Both the position numbers and the translations under genes were made by a program. From NCBI GenBank assembly GCA_038064675.1, contig JBBTSM010000006.1, forward strand, positions 7,776 to 71,775: DNA of 64,000 nt, in the 5' to 3' direction. Positions 8,364-18,258 of this stretch are shown here, piece by piece (within the stretch, counting starts at the first letter, position 1; each line of letters opens with the position of its first letter). The notes beneath the pieces were generated by a model. The model ran no database searches. It worked only from the letters and a program-made list of their open reading frames with translations, and had not been told where the DNA came from. This DNA is from Patescibacteria group bacterium (GTDB taxonomy: Bacteria; Patescibacteriota; Patescibacteriia; UBA9934).

Positions 8364-9074
8364 ATGGCAAACATGAAATTTGGGCTTGTGGGACGGATTT
8401 TGACGATTCTTGCTGCAATCGTAGTAATCGTTGCTGGAATGGCGTGGATCGGTAATGCCCAAGACCGCGCAAAAGAACCACAAAAGCTCGAGGTCGCGGC
8501 CAATGACAATGACTGGTTTGAGGGTGGAAAAGATGCTTCTGTCGTGCTCGTCGAATATAGCGACTTCCAGTGCCCGGCCTGCGGCGCGTACTTCCCTGTT
8601 ATGAAAGGCCTTCAAGAGGCGTACGGCGACAAGCTCAAGATTGTCTACCGCAACTATCCGCTTGCCTCTATTCATGCAAACGCCCAACTCGCAGCACAGG
8701 CCGCAGAAGCTGCTGGCATTCAAGAACAGTTCTTTCTGATGCACGATCTGCTCTTTGGCAACCAACAAACATGGAGTACAGAAACCGACCCAACGAACAC
8801 CTTCATCGGCTACGCAACATCTATTGGTCTTGATGTTGAAAAGTTCAAAACTGACCTTACAAGCGATGAAGCATTCGAGTCCGTAAAAGACGACATTCGA
8901 AGCGGAGACAAATCAAACGTGGATTCCACGCCAACGTTCTTCTTGAATGGTGTGCGGATTGAGAAGAATCCCCAGGGCCTTGAGCCATTCAAGGTACTCA
9001 TCGATGCAGCCCTCCCGCCAACTCCGGTCGCCGATCCGGCAACATCGAGCATTGAAGTGACGACCACGCCGTAA
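8364..9074 (+). CDS. DsbA-like thiol:disulfide oxidoreductase (thioredoxin fold, CPAC active site), N-terminal membrane anchor
   Basis: VVLVEYSDFQCPACGAYFPVMKGL... Thioredoxin-fold CxxC motif after an N-terminal TM helix. Confidence 0.8.
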   Translation: MANMKFGLVGRILTILAAIVVIVAGMAWIGNAQDRAKEPQKLEVAANDNDWFEGGKDASVVLVEYSDFQCPACGAYFPVMKGLQEAYGDKLKIVYRNYPLASIHANAQLAAQAAEAAGIQEQFFLMHDLLFGNQQTWSTETDPTNTFIGYATSIGLDVEKFKTDLTSDEAFESVKDDIRSGDKSNVDSTPTFFLNGVRIEKNPQGLEPFKVLIDAALPPTPVADPATSSIEVTTTP

Positions 9075-9077
9075 GCT

Positions 9078-9539
9078 ATGACCGCTCCCCGCTGGTATCC
9101 ATTCACTGTTCTCGGCGTGAGCATCGTCGGATTCTTCGACGCTGCATACTTAACAATCCAGCACTACACCCAATTCACCCTCCCCTGCACCATCACCCAC
9201 GGTTGCGACTTGGTGACAAAAAGCGAATACTCGCAAATCATGGGCATTCCGGTTTCTGTTCTTGGCGCTGTCTATTACCTCGCGATCTTCCTCGCCGTCT
9301 ACGTCATTCTCGAAACGAAAAAAACGGAATACCTCCGCTTCGTTGCCATCGCCACAACCTTCGGCTTTCTCTTCTCCGCCTGGTTCGTCTACCTCCAATT
9401 CTTCGTCATCCACGCCATCTGCCAGTACTGCATGTTCTCCGCCGCCACCTCAACCACCATGTTCGTGGTTTCGATTGTGTTTTTCTCGAGCGAGCACCTA
9501 AAGAACATTACGAAGTCGACACACTCCGAAGTTCTGTAA
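9078..9539 (+). CDS. vitamin K epoxide reductase (VKOR)-family membrane protein, DsbB functional analogue
   Basis: Four TM helices. Loop cysteines (CTITHGC) and a CxxC (CQYC) at the start of the last TM helix. Sits 4 nt after the dsbA-like gene. Confidence 0.7.
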   Translation: MTAPRWYPFTVLGVSIVGFFDAAYLTIQHYTQFTLPCTITHGCDLVTKSEYSQIMGIPVSVLGAVYYLAIFLAVYVILETKKTEYLRFVAIATTFGFLFSAWFVYLQFFVIHAICQYCMFSAATSTTMFVVSIVFFSSEHLKNITKSTHSEVL

Positions 9540-10023
9540 AAATCGGATCTTTGAACTCATTCGGGATCTTCTCAAGGATCGTCTTTGCGATATCAACGCT
9601 CCTCGCAATTTCATCTGTGTTATCCACTGATCGATAAAATCGGTAACTATCAAGCGTATCTGCTGTTTTCACGATAAGTGCCGATTCACCAACCGCAATA
9701 CACCGATCAATATATTCTCTTCGACGTTCTGCTGGATCGACGATACTGCGATCTTTCGTATTCGCTTTCACGATCGCAAGAACTGCGTCGCCGAACTCGC
9801 TCTTCACGAGACCTTCTGAAGCCTCCGTCCACTCAAGAATGTCGTGAAGCAACCCCGCTAACACGATGTCAGCCGAATAGTCATGTTCGTAAAGATACAT
9901 TCCAACGCGAAGAACATGCATGAGAAGCGGCTTCTTCCGTTTCTCGCCGACGGGCATGTATTGAACCAAAAGCTTCACCGCCTTTTCGAACTGAAGATCG
10001 AGCTGAATATTACCCAAGTTCAT
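9508..10023 (-). CDS. HD-domain phosphohydrolase
   Basis: LLMHVLRVGMYLYEHDYSADIVLAGLLHDILEWT contains the H..HD..H..D HD-domain motifs. Confidence 0.7.
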   Translation of the reverse strand: MNLGNIQLDLQFEKAVKLLVQYMPVGEKRKKPLLMHVLRVGMYLYEHDYSADIVLAGLLHDILEWTEASEGLVKSEFGDAVLAIVKANTKDRSIVDPAERRREYIDRCIAVGESALIVKTADTLDSYRFYRSVDNTDEIARSVDIAKTILEKIPNEFKDPIFTELRSVSTS

Positions 10024-10784
10024 ACTGTTTTTGCTTCAGACTTTTGGAAAATTCTTTCTCCCATGTGTAAGGCGAGTTCGCTCGGCAACCGATGTTCAAT
10101 TACATGTATTTCTCCTTTTTTCGTCTGACGAAGAAGAATATCCAAAACCGGAGATTCGATACCAAATATTAATCCTCCCGGCCTCGTGGCTCGATATACC
10201 TCCTTCGCGAGTGCCTCGTGATATTTCTCGTTTTTTACCATCATGAAATCGATACCATTAATCACAAAGCTTGCAGAATCATCCTTCATCCGAGAAAGAA
10301 CATCGAGCATGTCCGCACAAACGCTCACACGGACAATGCTTCGTGCATCATCTCCAATGCGCTGAATCGAAAACGGCACCATCGGATTCGGCCCGCTCTC
10401 TTCGCTCTGAAAACGCCATCGATCAATATTTACGTACATCGATGATCCGGAAGCGACCGCAAAACTAAACATTCTTCCAAAGCCGCCACCAACATCTACA
10501 AATGGCGCGCCCTCTAAATGTTCTTTAAAATATCCCCGTTCCTTCTCTACAAGCGCCTTTTCTTCTTCGGATCGATCACCAAAAAGGGATAGCGCATGAT
10601 CCCAATTTTCTGAATATGGCGTTTCTAGGCCCGTCACAATACTCGATTGTTTTTCTTGCGTTGCAATCAATTCCTTACACGTCACCGAGGGTTCACGCCC
10701 TGCCTCGATGAGATCTGTAAACGCGGGATCTCTCTTCAAACTAGGCTCCAAAGCTTCAAAACTCATATACACGAATTCTAACAC
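10020..10784 (-). CDS. putative class I SAM-dependent methyltransferase
   Basis: FVDVGGGFGRMF (GxGxG motif I) and TRPGGLIF. 4-nt overlap with the HD gene. Confidence 0.45.
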   Translation of the reverse strand: MLEFVYMSFEALEPSLKRDPAFTDLIEAGREPSVTCKELIATQEKQSSIVTGLETPYSENWDHALSLFGDRSEEEKALVEKERGYFKEHLEGAPFVDVGGGFGRMFSFAVASGSSMYVNIDRWRFQSEESGPNPMVPFSIQRIGDDARSIVRVSVCADMLDVLSRMKDDSASFVINGIDFMMVKNEKYHEALAKEVYRATRPGGLIFGIESPVLDILLRQTKKGEIHVIEHRLPSELALHMGERIFQKSEAKTV

Positions 10785-10788
10785 GAGC

Positions 10789-11523
10789 TCAAAACTTCCT
10801 CGCCTTTCCCGTCACCAATCGGAGCGCCTTTGGGATAACGCGGAAAGAGAAATCTTTTCCCTGAAGCTGATCACCGTCCACTGTGGCGGTGATTTGCTTT
10901 TCGCAGGCAATAAACATTTCTTCGAAAGGAATGCAACCAACGTCGGCTTTGCTTTTAAATAATGAGAATTTTGGCAGGCGAATAATCAAAGAAAGCCGAC
11001 CGTCCACCGGACTAATCATGCCGGCATCGTCGGGTGCGGCGAAGTTTCGGACTTCGATCGAGGCTTTGCGGAGCGGCGTGATGACGTATTGCTTGCCGTG
11101 ATGGATTGAGAAGTCAGTCCCCTCGATGTGGACGGACTGCACGAATCGTTTGCCGTTTACTTCGCCAACGTCGAGTTCTTCCACGATTCGAGCGCTCAGC
11201 ACGTCGCACGCCGCAACACCGCTTGGCATACCGAGGAGCTCGGCCATGCCGCCTTGCGGGCCAACAGGAAGCAGCGCGACAACGGTTTTTCGGTCTTGCA
11301 CCGCATCAATCACGCGACGAAGCGTCATGTCGTTCCCCACCGCAACCACCGTCGTTACTCCCCCGCGAATTTCGTCACGAATCAAATCAATCGGTTCGCG
11401 AAACAAGGCCAAGCGAGCAATCTTGCCGGCAATGCCCAAGTCCGTTAAGCGCGTTTCAATCTGAGCGAGCTCTCGCTCAAACTTTCGGTCTTGCAGCGCC
11501 TCGTCGTACACGTAGCAATACAC
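10789..11523 (-). CDS. DAGK_cat-family lipid kinase (YegS/BmrU-like)
   Basis: TVVAVGNDMTLRRVIDAV (GGDGT-like motif) and LLPVGPQGGMAELLG, typical of the diacylglycerol-kinase catalytic domain. Confidence 0.55.
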   Translation of the reverse strand: MYCYVYDEALQDRKFERELAQIETRLTDLGIAGKIARLALFREPIDLIRDEIRGGVTTVVAVGNDMTLRRVIDAVQDRKTVVALLPVGPQGGMAELLGMPSGVAACDVLSARIVEELDVGEVNGKRFVQSVHIEGTDFSIHHGKQYVITPLRKASIEVRNFAAPDDAGMISPVDGRLSLIIRLPKFSLFKSKADVGCIPFEEMFIACEKQITATVDGDQLQGKDFSFRVIPKALRLVTGKARKF

Positions 11524-11525
11524 AC

Positions 11526-11900
11526 TTAGGATTCATCAACCGTCTCAGCACGCTTCTTTCCCTTTACTACGTCGCCGCCCATGCTGATGTTGCCGTTCAT
11601 TTGTGCGCCAGGACCGATTGCGAGCACTTCCGTAATGACATCGCCGGTCATTTTCGATGATGGAAACAATTCAAACTTTCCATGAACCACAATGTTGCCG
11701 CGAATCTCACCACTCACCACCGCATTTGTTGCCTCGATGTTCGCCTCCACCAACGCCTGATCGCCAATACGCAAATCGCCCTTGGTCTTCACCGTTCCAT
11801 GCACCTCACCTTCGATGACGATATCGCCTTCTGCAACAAGATCACCTTCCAAGCGAACACCATGCGCGATAACTGTTTCTGGACCGGTGCCTTTAGCCAT
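11526..11900 (-). CDS. bactofilin (CcmA-type polymer-forming cytoskeletal protein)
   Basis: 124 aa of repeated beta-helical GDLxxEGDIVIEGEVHGTV / SGEIRGNIVVHG units. Confidence 0.8.
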   Translation of the reverse strand: MAKGTGPETVIAHGVRLEGDLVAEGDIVIEGEVHGTVKTKGDLRIGDQALVEANIEATNAVVSGEIRGNIVVHGKFELFPSSKMTGDVITEVLAIGPGAQMNGNISMGGDVVKGKKRAETVDES

Positions 11901-11935
11901 AAAGATAGAAATTACTTAGCTCTTCAGTACCACGA

Positions 11936-13642
11936 TTACATCGCCTTCACAACTGAGATGTTCAAAAGTTCCATCGCGTTCGTGAGCGTCGAGCTCACGA
12001 CATCGGCGAGTCCCAAGCGCGCGGCGGTCAACGATGGCTGTTCTTCGTCGATCATATGTACCTCGGCATAGTACCGGGAAAACATCTGTGCAAGCTCGAA
12101 GGCGAACAAACACACCAACGACGGACGCATCTCTGTTCCGGCCTGTGCAACAATATCGGGATACTCCGACACTTTGCGCAACAACTGGACTTCTTGCGGA
12201 TCAATCAACGCCGATGCCAATGGGAACGCTGATACCTTCGTCTTTCCGTGCAGGCTATTGATACGTGCAATTGTGTAGAGAATATACGGCCCAGTAAATC
12301 CATCCGTCGCCATTGCCTCTTCCATGTCGAACACGAGAATCTTTCCAGGATCTTGGCGAAGCATCATGAACTTCATCGCCGCAAGCGCAATCGTAAGCGC
12401 ATTCGCATTCACCACTTTCTCCTTCCATTCTGGATGACGAAGCTTCGTGGAATCGACCAATGCCTGGAACATCGCATCGCGAAGCTCATCGTAGCGAACA
12501 ATATTTCCTTTCCGAGATGACATCGCACCATCAGGAAGTGTGACCATTTCGTACCCAACGTGTACAAGTTCCTTGTGGAAATCAAGGCGCTTCAACGTCG
12601 CGAACAGTTGCTTCATGTAGAGCGATTGACGAACGTCAATCACGAAGATTTGGCGATCCGGAGCGTAATCGTGATCTTTTTGTAACGCGAGCGCGAGATC
12701 CTTCGTTGCGTAGAGCGACGAACCATCCGTCTTAAGCACCAAGAACACACCGAGATTCTCGTCAGCGAGATCCACAATCGTTGCGCCCTCGCTTTTCTTT
12801 GCAATTCCGTCGGTGAGCATCTTTCGTACAAGCTCTTTCCCCGGTTTCTCTACTTCGCTTTCGTAATACCACACGCTCGGCTTTACTCCGAGTTCGGCGA
12901 ATACCTTCCGGAACTCATCAAGGCTCCACTCGCGAGTTTCCTTCCACAATCCAAGCCACGGCTGTTCCTCAGCCTCAAGCTTTCGTTGAATATCAGAAAT
13001 TTCTTCCTTCGCTTCTGGATGCTCGTCCACGAACTGCGTCGCCTTGGTATATGCATCGCCGAGTACTTTCGCGCGATCCTCCTTCGCGATCGTTTCATCA
13101 CCGTAAAATTTCTTAAATCCCCAGATGGCTTTTGCGACGTGTGCACCAATATCGCCGATGTATGCCGCAGCAATCGTGTCGTATCCGTTTGCTGTAACAA
13201 GATTTACGATCGATTGTCCGTAAATCGCGTTGCGCAAATGGCCAACATGGAATTCCTTGTGCGTATTTGGCTGTGCGTATTCCACAAGCACACGCTTCCC
13301 CTTCCCCGTTGTGCCACGTCCATACCGCTTCTTCGCCTTTGCAACATCATCAAGTACGTGTGTACCGAACGCTTCGTCGTCGAACGTGAAGTTGACGTAC
13401 GGCCCAGCCGACGTAATTTTCTTGATCATCTTCGACGGCCCGATCTTCGCCGCAAGTTCGGTTGCGATTTCGGCCGGATTGCGACCCATACCCTTTGCCA
13501 AGGTAAAACACGGGAAACTCAAATCGCCGAATCCCGGCTTTGGCGGCGACACAATCATGTCGGCCGTGAGCGTGAATGTTTTTCCCAACGCTTTTTTCAG
13601 CGCGGTATAGACCTCCTTCTTTGCAGTACTTCGTGCGGTCAT
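11936..13642 (-). CDS. argS: arginine--tRNA ligase
   Basis: 568 aa. Class I HVGH motif (VEYAQPNTHKEFHVGHLRNAIYG), an N-terminal Arg_tRNA_synt_N-like region and a C-terminal DALR-like anticodon-binding region. Confidence 0.9.
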   Translation of the reverse strand: MTARSTAKKEVYTALKKALGKTFTLTADMIVSPPKPGFGDLSFPCFTLAKGMGRNPAEIATELAAKIGPSKMIKKITSAGPYVNFTFDDEAFGTHVLDDVAKAKKRYGRGTTGKGKRVLVEYAQPNTHKEFHVGHLRNAIYGQSIVNLVTANGYDTIAAAYIGDIGAHVAKAIWGFKKFYGDETIAKEDRAKVLGDAYTKATQFVDEHPEAKEEISDIQRKLEAEEQPWLGLWKETREWSLDEFRKVFAELGVKPSVWYYESEVEKPGKELVRKMLTDGIAKKSEGATIVDLADENLGVFLVLKTDGSSLYATKDLALALQKDHDYAPDRQIFVIDVRQSLYMKQLFATLKRLDFHKELVHVGYEMVTLPDGAMSSRKGNIVRYDELRDAMFQALVDSTKLRHPEWKEKVVNANALTIALAAMKFMMLRQDPGKILVFDMEEAMATDGFTGPYILYTIARINSLHGKTKVSAFPLASALIDPQEVQLLRKVSEYPDIVAQAGTEMRPSLVCLFAFELAQMFSRYYAEVHMIDEEQPSLTAARLGLADVVSSTLTNAMELLNISVVKAM

Positions 13643-13643
13643 A

Positions 13644-14855
13644 TTATGGAAGAAGTTTCACAAAGAATCGCTTACCCTTTTGCACAATGACGCTATCAGC
13701 GCGAGGAGACACCTGCAACATCGGATCAGAAACAATCTCGGAGCCGATCTTCACACCACCCTGTTCAATGAGCCGTTTCGCTTCGCCTTTTGACGGCGCG
13801 AATCCAGCCTCCACAAGGATCTCGACGATCGTGAGTGGTCGACCGCCCAGTGAAAGTTCTGGAATAACATCCGGCATTTCCTTGTTGCTGAACACTTGCA
13901 AGAAATGTTTCTTCGCTGCTTTTGCCTTGCTCTTGTTGTAATACATCTCAACGACAGTTTCGGCCAAGTGCATCTTTGCATCGCGTGGATTCATACCACC
14001 AGCAATCGCAGATTCGACAGCAGCAATCTTCTCGTCCTCGAGGTCGGTTGCGAGCTTGAAGTATGGAACGATCATGCTGTCGTCCATCGCCATAATCTTT
14101 CCAAACATATCCTCCGGCGCATCCGTAAGGCCGATAATTCCGCCTTCGCTCTTGCTCATCTTCTTTCCTTCGCTGTTCGTAAGAAGCGATGTCGCAACCA
14201 CAAACTTCTCTTTCTGTTTCATTTCCCGCATCAATGTGCGGCCTGCAAGCATGTTGAAGGTTTGATCGTTTCCCCCAAGCTCAACATCCACGTCCATCGC
14301 CACCGAATCGTAGCCTTGCATGAGCGGGTAAAAAAACTCATGGAGATAGATTGGTTTCTGCTCTGCCTCACGCTTCGCGAACATATCGCGCTCCATCATC
14401 TGCTGAACGGTGAAGTGGCTTGCGAGATTGACGACGTCCGAAAAGTTCATCTTTGCTAACCACTTATCATTAAACATGAGCTTCACCGCGTTGTCGCCAG
14501 AAAACTTGAGAATCTTCGACGCCTGCTTTTTGTACGTTGCGGCGTTATCGAGAACCTCCTGTTTGGTGAGCTGCTTTCGCGTTGCAAGCTTATCGGTTGG
14601 ATCACCAATCATTGCGGTAAACGAACCCAACAACAGAATCACCTCGTGGCCGAGATTCTGAAACTCGCGAAGTTTCCGAAACTGCACCGCGTGGCCAATA
14701 TGCAAGAACGGCGCCGTTGGATCAACGCCATGATAAATGCGCAATCGTCGCCCACTCATGAGCTGCTCACGCAACTTTTCAGCGGTTGGATACACGGTCG
14801 CGACACCGCGTGTAAGCAATCGATTAATGTTGTGTTCATCGGTAATAACGTTCAT
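13644..14855 (-). CDS. tyrS: tyrosine--tRNA ligase (start chosen at MNVITDEH; ORF open to 14927)
   Basis: HIGH (FLHIGHAVQF) and KMSKS motifs, plus a C-terminal S4 domain (PLTIVEILVEAGFAPSKGEAKRLIEQGGVKIG). Confidence 0.9.
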   Translation of the reverse strand: MNVITDEHNINRLLTRGVATVYPTAEKLREQLMSGRRLRIYHGVDPTAPFLHIGHAVQFRKLREFQNLGHEVILLLGSFTAMIGDPTDKLATRKQLTKQEVLDNAATYKKQASKILKFSGDNAVKLMFNDKWLAKMNFSDVVNLASHFTVQQMMERDMFAKREAEQKPIYLHEFFYPLMQGYDSVAMDVDVELGGNDQTFNMLAGRTLMREMKQKEKFVVATSLLTNSEGKKMSKSEGGIIGLTDAPEDMFGKIMAMDDSMIVPYFKLATDLEDEKIAAVESAIAGGMNPRDAKMHLAETVVEMYYNKSKAKAAKKHFLQVFSNKEMPDVIPELSLGGRPLTIVEILVEAGFAPSKGEAKRLIEQGGVKIGSEIVSDPMLQVSPRADSVIVQKGKRFFVKLLP

Positions 14856-14865
14856 ATGCAAGGCA

Positions 14866-17520
14866 TTATGACACAAGCGCCGCATGCTCTTTTTGGAGCG
14901 CGGCAAGTTTTTCCTGAAGATCCGCAAGCTTTTGTCGCTCCCCCGCGATCACCTTCTCCGGTGCACGAGCAACAAAATCCGCATTCGCGAGCTTCGATTC
15001 TTGGGCGGCGATGAACTTTGTTGCTTCGGCGATTCCCGATTCGATACGCGCCTTTTCCGATGCCGCATCAACAGCCGGCAATTGCACAAAGATTTGCGCA
15101 GATCCAACCACAATCGGCGTAATCGATTCCGGACGCTCTTCGCCCGAACGAATCGCTTTCACTTTCGTTAAACCGCCGATGATCGATTCCATTCCCGACA
15201 AAACTCCTGCATTTACCATTACAATCGACTCCACATCCTTCGGCAATGTTTTGTGTTCCGAGAGATAATTGCGAATCGCAATCACCGCCGAACACACCTG
15301 ATCAAACGCCGATCGATCCTCCGACGACAATTCGTATTCAACCGTTGGCCACTTTGCGACGATGATCATTCCGGAGTTGAAATTCTTGTAGATTTCCTCA
15401 GTCACGAATGGAGCGAACGGGTGCCAAAGGATGAGCAGGCGTTCGAGAATGTAGAGAAGAACATCGCCCTTCTCGCCCTCGATCTTGGCGATCTCCAGGT
15501 ACCAGTCCGCGAAGTCGTTCCAGGTAAAATCACGCAACATTTCGATGGCGAGCGAGAAGTCGTAACGATCGATGAGTGAACTTACCTTCTTCGCCGTCTC
15601 GCTAAAACGCGCAAGAATCCATCGATCTGCGAGCGTCAGTGACGTCTCTCCCCCATTTATGGGGGAGTTGGAGGGGACGTCTACGTGTCGTGCTCCTCCC
15701 ACATTTCCGATAATAAATCGCGAAATGTTCCACAGCTTGTTCACAAGGTTGCGCGCAGCTTCCACCTTCTCTGTGTAATACCGCGAATCGTTTCCTGGCG
15801 TGTTACCAGAAAGGACGGAGATCCGAAGCGCATCGCAGCCGTATTCGTTGATCACTTCGATTGGATCGATGTTGTTTCCCGATGATTTTGAAAACTTGTT
15901 CCCGTCCTTATCACGCAACAAACCGTGCATGTACGCATTGTTGAACGGAACTTGATTCAACGCATACGAACTCATCAAAATCATGCGCATCAACCAGAGG
16001 TACAAAATCTCATACCCCATCTGGATCCAATTCGTTGGATGGAAGTTCTTGAGATCAGATGTCTTCTCAGGCCAGCCGAGCGTAGAAAACGTCCACGAAC
16101 CGCTTGAGAACCAGGTGTCGAGCGTGTCTTCGTCCTGAACCCAACCATCGCCTTCTGGCCTTGCACCAACAGCAATCTCTTCACCGCGATACCACGCCGG
16201 GATTCTATGACCCCACCAAATTTGGCGCGACAAACACCAATCGCGCAGATTGTTTACGCGATCAAGGTAGAGTTTTGTAAATCGCTCTGGCGTGATCGAT
16301 ACTTTTTGTGATGCATCGCCATTCAATCCTGTCGTCACCGCATCACGCATCAAATCCTTCAACGTCTTTCCACGTCCTGGAATTTCCTTGTTCACGTTCA
16401 GCCACCATTGCGTCATCGGAACCGACTCGATGACGTCGCCATAGCGATCGGACGTTCCAACGTTCTGAATGATGTCCTTTGAGTCTTCGAGAAGCCCTTG
16501 CCCCGAAAGCCATGCAACAACAGTTGCTCGAGCCTTTTCGACGGTTTGTCCAGCAACCAACTGCCCCGCTTCGACAGTCATCTTCCCATCAAGTCCGATC
16601 ACTTGGATAATCTCGATCGGATCCTGCTTCGCCTTCTGCACTTCGTACATTCCAAAGTCGATCGGGCTGTGCGCAGGCGTCACGCCCAGAGCGCCAGTAC
16701 CGAACGATGGATCAACCTCCTCGCTCGCGATAACTTTGATCGTCAATTTCGACCCCGCGAAATCAACATTGAATGTTTTTCCGATGAATGCCGTGTAACG
16801 ATCGTCAGCCGGGTGCACCGCAACAGCCGTATCGCCCACCTTCGTTTCTGGGCGTGTCGTCGAAATCGCAATTGGAAAATCTTTGCTGTATTTGAACGTG
16901 TAGAGAACGGAAGCTCGCTCGATCGTCTCGATTTCGTCATCGGATGACGTCGATTGTCCCTTCACCGACCAATTCACCACCCGGAATCCGCGATAGATAA
17001 GACCATCGTTGTACATTCGCGTAAAAAGCTCATTCACCGCAACGTTTCGCTTCTCGTCGAACGTGTATGCCAAACGGCTCCAGTCGGCGCTGGTTCCCAT
17101 CTTTTTCACCTGGCTCAAAATCGTCGATTTCGATTGCTCGGCAAACTCACGAATCTTTTCAACGAGCTTTTCTCGTCCAAGCTCTTGGCGAGGATTCTTG
17201 ATCCCGTCGGCCATCAACAGTTTTTCCACCTTTGCCTGCGTTGGCAACGCGGCATGGTCGGTTCCCGGAATAAGAAGTGCTTTCTTCCCTAAAAGACGCT
17301 GATAGCGAACCATCGCGTCCATGAGGGAATTTTCCAGCGCATGGCCAAGGTGCAACACGCCGGTAACGTTTGGCGGCGGCATCACGACAGTGAACGCCTC
17401 AGTGGAATCCGTAACATTCGGCAAATTCTCTGGCGTAAAAAAGCCTGAGCTTAGCCAAGATTCGTAAATTCCATCTTCCACCAACTTCGCCTCGTACGCT
17501 TTTGCCATTTCGTTCGCCAT
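14866..17520 (-). CDS. valS: valine--tRNA ligase (start chosen at MANEMAKAYEAK; ORF open to 17583)
   Basis: PPPNVTGVLHLGHALENSLMD and KFSKSSGN (KMSKS) motifs, an editing domain and a C-terminal coiled coil (QEKLAALQKEHAALVS). Confidence 0.9.
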   Translation of the reverse strand: MANEMAKAYEAKLVEDGIYESWLSSGFFTPENLPNVTDSTEAFTVVMPPPNVTGVLHLGHALENSLMDAMVRYQRLLGKKALLIPGTDHAALPTQAKVEKLLMADGIKNPRQELGREKLVEKIREFAEQSKSTILSQVKKMGTSADWSRLAYTFDEKRNVAVNELFTRMYNDGLIYRGFRVVNWSVKGQSTSSDDEIETIERASVLYTFKYSKDFPIAISTTRPETKVGDTAVAVHPADDRYTAFIGKTFNVDFAGSKLTIKVIASEEVDPSFGTGALGVTPAHSPIDFGMYEVQKAKQDPIEIIQVIGLDGKMTVEAGQLVAGQTVEKARATVVAWLSGQGLLEDSKDIIQNVGTSDRYGDVIESVPMTQWWLNVNKEIPGRGKTLKDLMRDAVTTGLNGDASQKVSITPERFTKLYLDRVNNLRDWCLSRQIWWGHRIPAWYRGEEIAVGARPEGDGWVQDEDTLDTWFSSGSWTFSTLGWPEKTSDLKNFHPTNWIQMGYEILYLWLMRMILMSSYALNQVPFNNAYMHGLLRDKDGNKFSKSSGNNIDPIEVINEYGCDALRISVLSGNTPGNDSRYYTEKVEAARNLVNKLWNISRFIIGNVGGARHVDVPSNSPINGGETSLTLADRWILARFSETAKKVSSLIDRYDFSLAIEMLRDFTWNDFADWYLEIAKIEGEKGDVLLYILERLLILWHPFAPFVTEEIYKNFNSGMIIVAKWPTVEYELSSEDRSAFDQVCSAVIAIRNYLSEHKTLPKDVESIVMVNAGVLSGMESIIGGLTKVKAIRSGEERPESITPIVVGSAQIFVQLPAVDAASEKARIESGIAEATKFIAAQESKLANADFVARAPEKVIAGERQKLADLQEKLAALQKEHAALVS
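15645..15678. repeat. GC-rich palindromic element copy (b), in-frame inside valS (encodes VPSNSPINGGETS)
   Basis: Reverse complement tcccctccaactcccccataaatgggggagaga aligns with copy (a). Confidence 0.7.
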
Positions 17521-17634
17521 AGATAGCACGCAGTGTAGACGAAAAGGCGATTTTGGGGTAGGATTCTCTGTCCGTGGGGGCAATCCCTAGGGCACCGCAG
17601 ACGGCCGGACCGCCGTCGTTCACATAGGTTTTTC

Positions 17635-18141
17635 GTGTCTGACTCCAATTCCGCTCCGTTCATCGCCCCCATCGTCGTCAATGTGTGGGGAATCCCGAGC
17701 TGCCTGATCGACAGAGCCAATCCCTCCACTCCGACTGAAGTGCTGTCGGTAGAAGAACGGTCCCGTCACAACGATCGACTCCGCGACTTCGAGCGCCTCA
17801 TCGTCAACACTTTCAGTGAGTCATACAAGTTGAAGCAAGATGCGAACGTTCGGTTCATCGTGAACTTCCCATCGGATCGGAGGCCCTACCGCAACGTCGC
17901 CGAGATCTACATCGAGATCAAGATCTTCAAACTTCCGTTCAACCTACGCGAAGATCAGCTCCAGGTCTCACGCCTACGAGACGCGTCGAAGGACCTCGCA
18001 CGAGAACTCCCGAAGAACGCCGCCGATTTCCTCGTGAAGTTCGACGCCTTCAAGCGAGATCTCGCTTTCGTAACACTGGAGCTCACCGAACACTTCAGTG
18101 AAGGAAAATCAACGATCAGCTGGGGTCAGTGGTCGAAATAG
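17635..18141 (+). CDS. hypothetical protein (inside high-GC islet)
   Basis: 168-aa ORF. Local GC and GC3 are clearly higher than in the flanking synthetase genes. No recognisable motif. Confidence 0.4.
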   Translation: MSDSNSAPFIAPIVVNVWGIPSCLIDRANPSTPTEVLSVEERSRHNDRLRDFERLIVNTFSESYKLKQDANVRFIVNFPSDRRPYRNVAEIYIEIKIFKLPFNLREDQLQVSRLRDASKDLARELPKNAADFLVKFDAFKRDLAFVTLELTEHFSEGKSTISWGQWSK

Positions 18142-18204
18142 AAAGCGTGAGGGGGGACAGCAACTACACAGCTCGCGGCTCGGCTCCTTCGGGGGGGTCG
18201 AGTC

Positions 18205-18232
18205 GTTTCGTTTTAAAACAGAAACGAGCGAC
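18205..18232. terminator. imperfect palindromic hairpin centred on TTTTAAAA between convergent genes (possible bidirectional terminator)
   Basis: gtcgtttcgttttaaaacagaaacgagcgac: arms cgtttcgtttt / aaaacagaaacg with one bulge. Confidence 0.35.
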
Positions 18233-18258
18233 CCGTGGGCCGCCCGTCGTGTCGTCAT

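Noticed and set aside
14866-17520. Intein or other large insertion in valS around the palindrome
   Set aside because: ValRS length (about 885-905 aa) is normal. The palindrome contributes only about 13 residues, so this is a mini-insertion, not an intein.
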